Positions 1-12,329 of a stretch of DNA of 61,804 nt are shown here, piece after piece. The notes below the pieces were generated by a model that did not search any database, was not told where the DNA came from, and saw only the letters and a list, made by a program, of their open reading frames with translations. Source of the DNA: Octopus bimaculoides (Eukaryota); contig NC_068989.1 in the NCBI RefSeq assembly GCF_001194135.2, forward strand, positions 78,049,164-78,110,967, in the 5' to 3' direction. The first letter of the stretch is position 1, and every line of letters begins with the position of its first letter. A program made the translations under genes and the position numbers.

Positions 1-29
1 TATATATATATATATATATATATATTACA

Positions 30-950
30 GTTATGTTGAAACAAGTGATACAGGAAAGTGCAGCATTGGCGACAAAACATTTGTGGAGTAGATTTTAAAG
101 CTTTGCATAAATAACAATGAGTTTAGTACACGAATTTGGAGATAAATATCTTTTTTATAAGAATAGGATGGATCATATCTGAAAGCAGCTCCAGTTGTTG
201 TGAAAAACAAATCTGTACGTGATCTGTTTCTGAGGACTATTCTATTGGCCCTAGGTGTAATATGGCGTCTTAAAAGCTGTTGAATGATTCCGCATTAACT
301 GCTGCAGCATGCTTTTACTGATCTTGAGAAAGTCTCATTTCCCTTCTCTCTTAAGACTCGATTTGATATACTGTTGTATGCGTTGCTGATCCAGAGAAAG
401 CCGCATCTCCCTTCTGGCCTGAGACTCCATTTGAGAAAGTGTCGTCTCCCTTGGGACTCCATCGGACGTGCTGCAGCATACTCTTGCTGATGTTGAGAAA
501 GTCTCCTTTCCCTTCTCTCTGGAGACTTTATTTGACGTGCTGCAGCATGCGCTTGGTGATCTTTGGAAAGTGTCATGTCCCTTCTGTATTGAGACTCCAT
601 CTGACGTGCTACAGCATGCCTTTGCTGATGTTGAGAAAGTTCCATGTATTTTTTCTCTTGAGACTCACGCCATCGGTTTTCTGCTCGTTAGGTGTTTCCT
701 TGCTTTATAGGTGTTTCTTTGGTGACATATTTTTTTAACAATATTTTAAACAACAAATTATGAACATAGAAAAGAATATACATTAATCTCTTGTTTATAA
801 GCAGTTGTATGTGTGCAGTATGTCTACATATTTGTATGCAGCGTAAATTAACCAGATATGAGAAAATGTTAAATACCTTCCAGCCTTGCAATTACTACGA
901 TTATTATGTACTTTTAATTGAACGGCAGATATGTATTTTTATATAAGTTG
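30..950 (-). mobile_element. Helitron 5' fragment (decayed N-terminus of Rep/helicase ORF)
   Basis: Minus-strand translation starts MSPKKHL at 728, continues through 23-aa repeats (LSQHQQRHAVARQMESQ.., SPERRERRLSQ..), then AAFRYDPSYSY and, after a frameshift, HCYLCKALK..CRQCC. This resembles the Helitron N-terminal AAFRYDP..C..C.A.K..CC zinc-finger region. Stops and frameshifts are present; the 5' boundary is approximate. Confidence 0.75.
298..670 (-). repeat. 69-bp (23-codon) degenerate tandem repeat inside the Helitron ORF
   Basis: GACGTGCT(G/A)CAGCAT recurs at 465, 534 and 603 (period 69), with more diverged units at 298-430. Confidence 0.85.
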
Positions 951-1006
951 GTCCTTCCACGTAATTGTATTTTGTCAAGAATTTCAAGAACCCCAGCCGT
1001 TCTCGT

Positions 1007-1007
<1 letters not shown>

Positions 1008-1068
<61 letters not shown>
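1008..1068. repeat. (CA)n(TA)n compound microsatellite
   Basis: Read directly from the sequence. Confidence 0.95.
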
Positions 1069-2350
1069 GTGGGCGCGCAAACACACACACGGACTCACAG
1101 ACACATACACATCCATATACAAAATGTGGTGATGCACACACACGCAGTCAGATGGACATACACACTCATACACACATACATAAACTCACTCGGAGACACA
1201 TACGCACTCATATATGTGACGTGGTCATCGTCGTAGTATAAAATGTCCTTTAGTATCTCGTACGAATCAACCTCGCAAACACACACACAAAGTGAATGAA
1301 TAAAAGTGAAACAATATTATATCACACAAGGAATTCAATTTGTAGACAGAAAGTACAAATCCCATTTTAGCGTATAAAGCTGTAGAAGAAAATAGCTTGA
1401 GTGAAAAAACTGTACCTACACAAGAACGCTCAGTGGCGTGTTTGAATTCTCATTGGTTAGTAACGAAGGCTTATCGGTTAGTAATGACGGCTTATCTCAC
1501 AACGGTTTTCCATAGAGGGAGCAATGTAAATCGTGTATTTAAATAGATGGAGTGCATGAAATTTTAAAATAAGTAATGTTGTAGGGAGAACATCTAAATA
1601 GTGTGAAGACAATGATATTTACGCACGCCAAAAGTGAGTTAGATGGATGGATAAATAGAGAGATAGATGGATTGATAAACAGATAGTGAGAGATAGATGG
1701 AGGGATAAATAGAGAGAGAGGTAGATGGATCGATAAGTAGAAAGAGAGAGATAGAGAGACAGAGGAACATAATATATCGGAGGTTTATGTAGGGATTTGT
1801 GCTGTAATATCTACGCATGTGGGTACGTGTGCGTGTCGACATATTGACAATCGAAAAATCAGAACACACCACATATACCTAACTACGAAATTTATGGAAT
1901 AGACCTATAAATCCATATAAATTATTGATTTTACATGTGATTCAAGAAGACATTGGATACGAGATAACGTTAACATGTTTCATAGGTATTCACTAAGGTC
2001 ACTTGCCAGCACATTAAACTACTTAAATCTTAATAATATTCAACATTTTAATTGTATGCAGTAAAAGAATATTGCATAGTCTTAGGAAGCTCTAGTTATT
2101 CACATGGAAGTTCGCAGGAACGTCGCATGTTCAGAAACGTGATATGGATGTTACTGATCTATGAGTTCCTTCATTTCGCAATGTTGATGCTAAGTTCTCT
2201 AATAGTACAATTTCTATTTCGTATTGATTGCAATAAAATGCCGGTTTCCGATTAAACTTCTGCTGCACTAGATTTTTCAGTTTCTTCAGGTTTGCCAATA
2301 CTGAGTTTTATGTATTCGATCTCTCTTTAAGGAATTTATTTGACTCCGGT

Positions 2351-2425
2351 ATATATATATATATATATTTATTAGATTGTGCAGTTTTTATTCTTCAAAT
2401 TTTCGATCCACATGCACACACACAC

Positions 2426-2473
<48 letters not shown>

Positions 2474-2850
2474 GACAGAGGGAAAGAGAGGGACATAGAG
2501 AGCGAGAAAGACAGACAGGGAGAGAGACAGAAACACGCTCAAGCACACATACACAAACAGATAAACAGATATATAAATGTGTGGGTGTCTGTGTCTGTGT
2601 ATACACACACACTCACACACACATATATAACTATATATAGGAGCATATACATATAGATAGATACATAGAACTATATATATATATAGATACATACATACAT
2701 AGAAATACATATGTATATATATATATATATATATAGATACATACATACATAGAAATACATATGTATGTATACATATATCTGCTACCGTAGACATGCACAC
2801 GTATATCTATATATTTATTTATATGTGTATATACAAATATACACATATAT
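2351..2850. repeat. Compound (TA)n/(CA)n/(GA)n/(TACA)n microsatellite cluster with a ~45-bp local duplication
   Basis: Read directly; TATAGATACATACATACATAGAAATACATATGTAT occurs twice within 2680-2768. Confidence 0.9.
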
Positions 2851-5193
2851 TTGTATATTTGTACTTACAAATATATTGATAAATAGAAAGATAGATATGG
2901 AAATAGCAAAAACTGTGTAAATATTCATATATTTATGTTTATGCATGACTGTATTGATATATTGGAAAATGCCCAATCAATTAATTGATTTTACTACTCC
3001 ATCAAAAATTGTTGGTTGTGTTCTCAAATAGGTTCCTATTTCAATATTTTTTAATATTTCTGTACGATCTAAAAAGAAATTTGATTTCCCGTTGTCCACG
3101 GCAGATAATTCACATACGTCTTCTACTCCTCCTTCTACTCCTCCTTCTCCTCCTCCCCTTCCTTCTCCTCCTCTTCCTGCCCCTTCATCATTAACATAAT
3201 CTTCTCTTTCCCCTCACTCTGTCTCTGCCTTTCTGTTGTACTTTGTCTCCCCTCTACCTTTATCTAATTATGAATTTCGTATACGTTTCAAAACGTTTAT
3301 TTTCTTTCCTATTATTATCGCAATTTATACATTTTTATTGTACTAAATTTTAGTTTCTTTATATTTGATGTTTTACATTATCTTATATCGCCTGTTACTA
3401 TTTTTAAATTGCCTTGTGGAAGTATTTCATCCATTTTCTTATTTATTTTACATTTTTTACATATTTTCCCATTTACTGAAAAATAGTATATTATTATTAT
3501 TTTACCTTTCTGCACAAATGTACTGTCTTTAAGTAGTAGGATATTAACTGTCTTCAATCAGTAAGAGATTAAAACATTGCGTGCCCTATTTTTTTGGCGA
3601 ATTTGGAACTAGGGAATTGTATAGTTGTAGCATTATCCAAAACGTTATCTGTGTAAGATTTATAAAATGTTCTCAGCCGTTATCAGAACTTCTACTCCAT
3701 GGTGCATACTAATACGATAACATTAGTGGCTTCTTCTGCATATGCACAATTCAGTGTGTAAGATATATGTTAGGATCGTACACGAAAGGAAATTATTCAA
3801 GCAGGTATTGAAAAGTATCACGGCCTCGGTTATTCAGAAGCTTATATTTTGCTCCATTTTTCTTGTCCTGGTTAAAGAATATTGATTTCTGGCTTAGACA
3901 TCAGAAAGGTCATAAATGTTTCAGAGTAAGGACGATCGTATTTATTGTTCATGCGTTATTGAAAGGATTAGTGATGCGACTGAAATACATAATATCACTT
4001 GACAATTGAAAACATCAGTAGGAAACAGAGGCAGTTGATCACATGGCTATCAACAAAAAGTCATATAAACTATAGATTCAGTTTGACACAAATGATGAAA
4101 GAAACGAAAGACATATAATATACATTCTATAAATATTTCATTCTGTGTCTAACATTCTAAAACAATATACGAATATTTGTCTTGACCTTGTTTTGCTCTT
4201 TTCAGACACCTGTAATATGAGAAATGTATCCATAGTTTTGCTTTTGTAATTCAGTTCCTATGTTGTACACAATTTATATCCATCCACACGGGAAAACACA
4301 CACACTTATATATACACACAACTATACTGTAGTCAAATATATCAGAAAAATGACGAAACATTAATGTCTATCGCGCCTGTGACGGGACCTGGTGTGAGAT
4401 ATCTCACTTGACTATAACTTCCACCTACAGAATTCCATTCATTTTCTACCTACAGTATTCCATTATTAATCGAACTATAAATCATAGTGTTTAGAATTGT
4501 AACAACATAAATTGTTTCATTGCGCTTGGCTAACATTTCTAGCTGGCTAAAAGTCTCTCAGGTGACTCTCTCTATGACTCCTGAAATGCTTACTTTGGAG
4601 TTGTGAGAGGAATGAAGTGCTGTGTGTAACTTTCATTTACCTTTAATATTTGGTATTTTCTCTATCAATCTCGAAATTATGAAAACTAACTTTGACTTCA
4701 GCAAGAATTGAAGCGCCAGGAGCGGCAATAAATACAAAATAGCCGGTCCGGTGATCTACTCTGACTGTGAAGCTTTATTCCATTCACCATCAGAAGTCTA
4801 TATGAGTTACTGCAAGAAGCCCTATTGAAGAGTTCTAATTTCGATAGTGAAATGCACTTATTTGTTATTTAATTTTCCAGTAAATAACCCACAAATAATT
4901 TTTCTCGTTATTTCTTATCTTACAAAGAGAGATAATTTCAAATATTTGGTGTAAATTTAGTTGACCATATTAAATCCCAACAATATCTTAGAACTTCTTG
5001 GCCTTTTGCCCTGTTACAATCCAAATAATGTTTTGCTGATAAGCTGACGGACACCAACAGAAGTAATAAGTTAATTTCAACCAGACATTTAATATTTAAT
5101 TGTCCTTGTAAAAATAGATAAATATCCAAAACAGCACACGCACGCAAACGCACACACACAGGAGGGACAGACATACGACACACACACAGGTAT

Positions 5194-5238
<45 letters not shown>

Positions 5239-5390
5239 TATCCGTAGCAGGCTTTGGAGTTAGCAGGTATATATTAGACGGAAAAGGACAGCAACAAAAA
5301 CCAACGCAAGACGAGTCTCTCAAGTCATTTAGAATATTTGATTAGAGTAAGGTGAATTTGAATAAATTAATTAATTAATTGATTATTGGA

Positions 5391-5468
5391 TGTCTTACAG
5401 ATGTTTCTGGAATATCCCAAGCGATAGGTTAGAATCTCCGCACACTGGGTATTCCGTCATCGGAGACA
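5391..5468 (-). ncRNA. Type I hammerhead ribozyme motif (PLE-associated, partly decayed)
   Basis: Minus strand: TGTCT | CCGATGA | C GGAATA CCCAG..TTGGGA TATTCC A | GAAA CA TC TGT A | AGACA. Stem I is TGTCT/AGACA, stem II is extended, stem III is the near-palindrome ACATCTGT, and the site is GUA. Deviations: U4C and a C-A mismatch at 10.1-11.1. Confidence 0.7.
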
Positions 5469-5559
5469 ATATGAGCATGTGTGAAAGTTCTAGACAGGAA
5501 ATTCACAGTTTGTAAAGGAATAAAATAGTTGATAGAGGAATACAGAGTAAAACAGTAGA

Positions 5560-5645
5560 TAGATAGATAGATAGATACATACATACATACATACATACAT
5601 ACATACATACATACAGACAGACATACATAGATAGATACATAGATA
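5560..5645. repeat. (GATA)n(CATA)n microsatellite
   Basis: Read directly from the sequence. Confidence 0.95.
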
Positions 5646-6434
5646 GAAGAATGCTGACTGGAGAATAAAGTTCACAGCCCGTCTTCTTCTAGAGGGTATG
5701 GAGGTTAGTCCTTACTTCCGTGAAGGCAGAAGTCCTTAAGTATAATCCAGGTAAATCCAGGCAGTATTTTNNNNNNNNNNGCAGTATTTTGAATGTTGCG
5801 TTCATGTTGAAGGAATAAATTGAGTGGTTAAATAGTATGAAAATGGTCTACGTGTGTATATAGTGTAGAAAAGACAGATATCATGATAAACAGATATGGG
5901 TTGTGAGTGAGTGAATAGGAGAGAGAATAATGGAATAAGATAGGCACGGGAAAGAATGAATGAGACCAAAAGTAAAATAAAATCAAAAATAAAGATAAAG
6001 CTAAGATGCCAGTATTATTTATTAGGGTCGGTTCGATGTGAGAGGCCATGCATTAAGGTTTTGATAAAGTGGAGGAGCAAGGCATTTATGGCTATTAATT
6101 AAATACATGAATTCTAAGTTCGAGAGAATAGTTATTTCAGTAGTCTGTAAGAATAGCTAATAATAGATAAAAATAGTTACATAACTTAAGGGAGTGTATA
6201 TATAGGATTAAAAATACAATTAAATGAATAAAAGATAAAAAGATAAAATATTAAAAACATATAAGATGAAAAAATAAAACAAAAGTTAGCCATGAAAAAT
6301 TATAGATTAAGAATTAAAAACGTTATAGCTTCAAAGATATTTATGCTGAAAATGAAAGAAAAGATAATGTATGTATATTTTAACGACCGTGGATCTATAT
6401 AGGCAAGTGTTATGTGTGTTAATTTTGCTTGCAT

Positions 6435-6860
6435 TTAAGGGGACCTATGGAAGAAGCTAAAGGTGCGGTAGTACTTATGTTTACATGTAGAGAATGCTTC
6501 GTGCTGTTTATTGAGTAATTGTGGTGAATCCTGAATTAATATTTGGATGGCTTTCTTCAAGCAGAGTCCACATGCGGAGCACTGGCCTTAGTATGAAACA
6601 CCAGAATCTATACACCAGGATATCCTATATAGTATTTATCAACTGACGCATGTGGCCGGCTAGGGACGAGGATTTGCTATGCCCCTCGTATTTAAATGAG
6701 TTCAGAATAGCAGAATATCTCTGCTTAAAATTGATAGTAGAACCGAAGTAATGGTTAGTAGAATTGTGCAATATGTTGTGGACAGTGTATTTATATACCA
6801 CTTTAAACCTTCTGCAGTTGCAGCTATCTGCCTTACGTAGGTTACTTGTTGAAAGGGATG
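6435..6860 (-). pseudogene. PLE GIY-YIG endonuclease domain remnant
   Basis: SCNCRRFKVVYKYTVHNILHNSTNHYFGSTINFKQRYSAILNSFKYEGHSKSSSLAGHMRQL, then (frameshift) CSACGLCLKKAIQILIQDSPQLLNKQHEAFSTCKHK..stop at 6435-6437. VVY/YFG is the GIY-YIG variant, and the CxxC-LC..LN..CxH tail is typical of PLEs. Confidence 0.85.
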
Positions 6861-6947
6861 ATGCTGTATTATTTATGGACAAGTTGAAGTCTATGGTCGT
6901 ATTAGGGGATTGGCTCCTATTATTGTTGTTGTTGACATTATTATCAT

Positions 6948-6986
<39 letters not shown>
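6948..6986. repeat. (TAC)13 microsatellite
   Basis: Read directly from the sequence. Confidence 0.95.
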
Positions 6987-6988
<2 letters not shown>

Positions 6989-6993
6989 TTACT

Positions 6994-7228
6994 AAGGCAA
7001 CGAGCTGGCAGAATCGTTAGCTCGACCGGCGAAATTCTTAGCGGCATTTCGTCTGCCGTAACGTTCTCAGTTCAAATCCCACCGATGTCGACTTTGCCTT
7101 TCATCGCTTCAGAGACGATAAATTAAGAGTGCCAGTGAAACACTGGGGTCGATGAAATCGACTATCCCCTTCCCCAAAATGTTAGGCCTTGTGTCTTTAG
7201 TAGAAATATTTTTTATTATTATTATTAT
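6994..7228 (+). mobile_element. tRNA-derived SINE family A (tail type A), inserted in the PLE
   Basis: Head AAGGCAACGAGCTGGCAGAATCGTTAG (A box), CAGTTCAAATCC (B box), body GTCGACTTTGCCTTTCATC..CTGGGGTCGAT, tail CCCCAAAATGTTAGGCCTTGTG followed by (TAT)n. Confidence 0.9.

Positions 7229-7264
<36 letters not shown>
7229..7264. repeat. (TAG)12 microsatellite
   Basis: Read directly from the sequence. Confidence 0.95.
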
Positions 7265-7266
<2 letters not shown>

Positions 7267-7499
7267 ATAGTAGTGGCAGCAGCAGAAGAAGAAGTAGTGC
7301 TATTAGTATTAACATGCGATTTAGCAGTACTCTGACCTTCCTCGGAAGCGAAGATATTCGTATACTGTTTTATGCTGGTTATAATGATGTGGTATATGCC
7401 ATCCTGGTCGGTGTTTGTGTTGTCGCTGCTCTAACCTACGTTATGCTTATATATATCTGGACTGTTCTGCTTCTAGGCGTTATTTAGGTAGTATCAATT

Positions 7500-8330
7500 A
7501 AGTTTACGCTCATTGGATGATGTAAAAATAGATTTTATGTTGGGCGGAGAGGAGCAGCTTCATTTCAGTGTAGATCTATTGAAGATTGAATGGGATTTAT
7601 GGTGATGTGGGAAAGTGGAGTCTACCGTTAAGTTTTTAGCTAGAATGAGAGCTTTGTTAAGGAGGATAGGGGATTCAGAAGCATAGTAATAAATCCATAT
7701 TAAATTAGGAGAATGGTGAGGTGTTTTTGTTTTCAAGGAGATGAAACCAAGTTGTAACCTCACTTGTGCAGGACCATAAATTGACGTCTATTTTTTTTCT
7801 AACTGTAGGCATTGTATTGTCTGGTATATGCATACTGATTCGTTATCAGTCCGATTTGGTAGTGCAGATGAGCCTTATAGAGGGTTTGGTTATGAAATCC
7901 GCTTTGTGGTCTTTAAAGCTGCAATGTGAAGCTCTTGGGTCTAGGGATCCGTGCGATCATCTACTGCAAGTTTGTTCACTAGTTTACAGTGAGAGTTATT
8001 ATTGATATGCACGGCGGACGTCGGGGCTATCTTGTGGGACTTGTACAATTCTTTCCTAATAAACCAATACATTCCTTAATAGTAAGTGAATATATATTAC
8101 CACTTTATCGGAGAAGACGTGCATTTTGGGTGATGAAGTAATCAGTTTAATTGCTTTAGTAAGCTGTTTCTTTATTTATATTGGATAAGAGAGAGCTGTC
8201 TTCTCAGGAGTCAATATTTTATCGTCTTATCGTTAATGAAGCAAATTTGAGTGTGTAGATTTTGACAAATGAGGCAGTGAAACTAGAATAGCGAAATTTA
8301 AACATTCGTTGTACGAAAGATATATTTTGA
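7500..8330 (-). pseudogene. PLE reverse transcriptase N-terminal and thumb remnants (catalytic core absent)
   Basis: Matches to the PLE motifs TLKDHK.NF..KP..RLINP.KS and FP..HKLHKIFNRNT.K.SYSC.PN; no YxDD segment lies between them. Confidence 0.8.
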
Positions 8331-9857
8331 TAATCTATTTTTCTATATCTTGTCCTTGAATTTGTATGTACCTATGTATACATGTGTCTGTGTCTGAATG
8401 TACACAAGCCTGCCATGTGGAGCTTCAGGAATGTCTCCTTTAGTTTTTCAAAGAATCTGCTGCTAATGGACAGAATTAAATTCCATGTGACTGTACATGT
8501 TACTACGTATGGAACCGATCTCTATTTCATTTCATTTACAACACTACCGATCGTATCATTCTTTTCTCGTGTGTAAATCAGCGTATCTGTTAATTTAAGA
8601 ATTAATTTCATTCAAATATATAAAATATATTCATGTTATCAGAAGACTTAAAACTGTGCTAACTGTTGGTGTAGAACAAATGTTCTTCCAATATATAATT
8701 CTTTTTCTTCAAAGAAATGATAAAGAACAAAAAGAAAATATCGAATGTTAACTATCAAATGCCTCGATCGAGAGCAACACAGAGATTAGTTTTAAATACA
8801 TGATATATGAAATAGTTCAAAGTTTTCGCTCATTATATATTCAGAATTAAATATTGAAGAAAATGTGATATTTCTATAATATTTCGATTTCCTTTCTAAT
8901 GCAGATTAAAATAATATGTCTGAAGAAAGTTCAAAAGAATACAGGAGAGTTAGATATATTATACAATAATGGTTTCTTTCAACTCTGGTCAAGTTAAATA
9001 TAGTAGTGCAAAAGTGATAGACGATTGCAAATACTCTAGTTTGTTTCTAATAATTAATCGGTTGATTGCAGATTGCGGAGAGGTCAAGCCGAAAGGGTGA
9101 AAAACTGTCTCAGAGCAGGATTATTTATTCGTATTAATAATAAATATTTCCTGTATTTGTAAACTCTTACATACAACAATGGGCTTGGGGTCTCTAGTAA
9201 AAGATAGATTGAATATAATATTTGAGAAATTTGCAGAAAATCTCTGTCTGGATTCTTAACGAGAATGTTTATGGTGTCACTCTTTGTCCGGGATGAAACA
9301 TAGTTAAATACTGCGGTTTTTTATGACATTCGGCTCTTTAAGAGTTGGTATTCTTCGGAAACCTTGCTTGTGTTTGAATTCATTTAATTGTGTATGATAT
9401 CTATAGTACATATATCGATAGGGCATTGGCATTCTGAAACTTATGTTAACATCTGTGTTACAATGTATTCATGGTTAAAACACAACAGTGACACACACAA
9501 TCATGTGTATATACAATCCAAGTTGGACAATAAATCTTATTTGCTGATTGATTCATGAATTTGTTATGTTATGAAAGGTACGTGGGTACGACATGAGAGG
9601 TGATGCGATTTACCTGTCTTTGTAATCGAAATTGAAGAAAATAGTAAAAAAACGTTCAACGGTTATTTGTTGACGAGCCTCTCTCCACTTTCTTCTGAAA
9701 TTATATTTCGCATAATTTTCTGAACAAAACAGTGGCTTTTACTTAGCTTCTGGCATCTAAATTTATTGCAATATTTAAAAGACAACCCTATATCTATATT
9801 CTTTTTATCAATGTACATGAAATTATTTTTCATTTATATGTCATACTATCTCTGTCT

Positions 9858-9891
<34 letters not shown>

Positions 9892-12329
9892 GCTTTGCTG
9901 ACTTGGATAATAACCGCTAGTCTTCGAATTTATAATGAAATTACAGCCAAAATCAATATCAGATTATAAAACCAGGATCGTCGATTTTTTTTTTTTGTTT
10001 CCAGACTTTTCCAGCTTCTTCACTGCCCTTTATTTCAGGAACAATTGCTTAATTAATACTTGTTTTAGGTTTTCTGAGTGTAAGCCACTGAATGGCGGGT
10101 AATACATCCTCGAAACAATCCTTGTAATATAAGGGTTTCCAAACAATGTTAGAATAATTGCTCATTTGACTTCATTTCATTCGCAATTTTAATTCCAATA
10201 CACTTAAAGTTGAATAAAAGTAATTTCAGTTTACTGGAGAAGTTTATTTGTTTACTTTCCTCACAATTTTATTTTATTCGTTGACTGAAACTTCCTGTGT
10301 GTCGATATCCTAAATCATTCATCAAATATCATTACGTACAGACATCTAACAATGAAACTTTTAATATTACTAGTACTTATGCTGTCGAATGCAATGGGCT
10401 AAATACATTCCTATAAATTGTTCATCAGAAATGTACCGAACTGAAATTTTGACCCGGAGAGTTGAAACTAAACATGGTATTTCACGTCTTTCTCAAACTT
10501 TACTTTTTTTTTTTTTTAGTATTTTTGAATATCAATTTCTTCAAATAAATTGTTAATAGGAACCTAAAATTTCGTCTAGAGTCAACAAAAACAAAAAATC
10601 CCGTTATATTAAATTTAAAAAAAGAACACATAAAAGGAAATAAGTAAAGTTTGAACTCAAATGCACTCGATATCGTTTAATGTATTTGTACTAAACTGTC
10701 TGGTGTCAGACAATTCTAGAACGTTACTATTTTAAAATGTTAATGTTCCTCCTCGTCGAAAATGACGTAGCGGGTTTGGTGAGAAGTATGAATGACTTTT
10801 CCGGCCATTGGTATAATAGAAAAGTACCAAGCAATGATTTAACAAAAAAAATAACTGAGAGAGAATAAGAGAGTATTAAAAAAGATATTAAAAAAACCCA
10901 AAGAGAAACAGGAGAAAGATAGAGGGAGGGAGAGAAAGAAAAGAGAAGAGAGAGGGAGAGATCGTAGAACAGTAGTTACGGTATATTTTGATACTTATCA
11001 ACTTAATCGCCTGGAAATCCTTATCAAATCAGTTACGGTTCTCAAATAATAACATAGATTGTTCAGCCATCAAATTACTTCTGCTTGATAATATATTCGG
11101 TTTAAATGTGAAGATAACATCAGTTTTTTTGTTATTTATAAACTTTTTCTTCTTGTTAAATATCTCCCGGGTTATGTGTTGCTGTTTTCTTTTTCTCGTT
11201 GTTAAGTTAATTAATGGCTTTAATAAATTTCTTTTCCTTATTGTATTTAGACAATTATTTATTGGTCAAAAGAAACTATAATTATTAAATAAATTATGTT
11301 GCTGGCTGATTGCGCCCTTGCTGTCAAATCTCCAGTTTGAATTATTCTACATTTTAATGCATTTGTCATATTTAATCAATATGATCTAGTTTAAGACAAT
11401 CATAATGTAAACTTTCACTTTCCAGGTAAATCCTCGCAGTATCTAGCAGTAATTGTACTTTTTCTAGAGTAATGGTGCAATGAAGCATCTCAAAAATATT
11501 TCTGAAACTTAATTTGAGTAGGCGTTAGTCGAATGTTGCTTGCATTCGTCAAGCGTTTCGAAACGTTACAACTTTACAAGTGGCGAAACGTTACAACCTT
11601 AACAACATTTGGTGTTTTAATAGAATTATTTTCATCACTGGGTAAGAACGATGTGGGGTTACAGATGCATTTATTGAGGTTATACATTTTACCATATCAG
11701 ATTTTAAACACACCCATAGAAGAAAATTCAACCCATATTAGTTAAGAAGTGGTACATCTACCTGTGTACTTTCTAGAATATTTCCTAGATGTAGTCAGGA
11801 AATGACTGGAAATTCTTTCAAGATTAATATAATATTTATTGGGAAAATACGAAATAGAGAATATCATGTAACAGAAATAAGGGTTATTGTTGTTTAACTT
11901 CTACAGGAGCACGAAGTGTATAATTGTCTTTAAAATCAGTTGTCTCGACTCATTCCTGTCTAGATAGACTTTGGATTAAGATTAAGGGTTCAATACACAA
12001 TGGAATCAGATGGAATCGCTTACGTTTCACACCCTCTGCTTACATTAAAATAGATGTATATATTTGAGAGTGAGGGTAGATAGATAGATAGATAGATACA
12101 TACATACATACATACATACATACATACATACATACATTACTCATGAATGTTATAAAAAAGATGTAGCATAGAAGAAATAAATACTGTTGAAAATGTACAG
12201 AGAATATAAAGATTTGCTTATCAAACCTTTGGTAATTATTATCACATTTGTTAATTTTGAAATGTGTACGTTTTGAAGAACACGGATTGATTAGCAAACA
12301 ATATTGTTTGGCTGTTATTCTAAGTCATC

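Larger units (their letters stand above)
5340..8330 (-). mobile_element. Penelope-like retroelement (PLE), decayed, RT core deleted, with SINE insertion and 3' hammerhead motif
   Basis: Minus-strand peptides in PLE order: MHVFSDK; KLVNKLAVDDR; FKDHKADFITKPSIRLICTTKSD; LWSCTSEVTTWF; LLNKALILAK; then directly FPHHHKSHSIFNRSTLK*SCSSPPNIKSIF; CNCRR..VVYKYTV..HYFGST.NFKQRY; CGLCLKKAIQIL..LLNKQHE..CKH. An AT-rich tail follows at 5800-6430. Outer boundaries are approximate. Confidence 0.85.

Noticed and set aside
298-670. Regularly spaced repeats as a possible CRISPR array
   Set aside because: The units are contiguous degenerate 69-bp coding repeats with no unique spacers, in a eukaryotic context with no cas genes.
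2130-2296. Open minus-strand frame (VLANLKKLKNLVQQKF..)
   Set aside because: No start codon, the acceptor lacks a pyrimidine tract, and there is no recognisable domain.
5761-5790. GCAGTATTTT duplicated either side of a 10-N gap as a TSD
   Set aside because: Typical contig-overlap artefact at a minimal gap.
11526-11600. Palindromes and a CGAAACGTTACAAC duplication
   Set aside because: Short and imperfect, with no ribozyme core or element boundaries.
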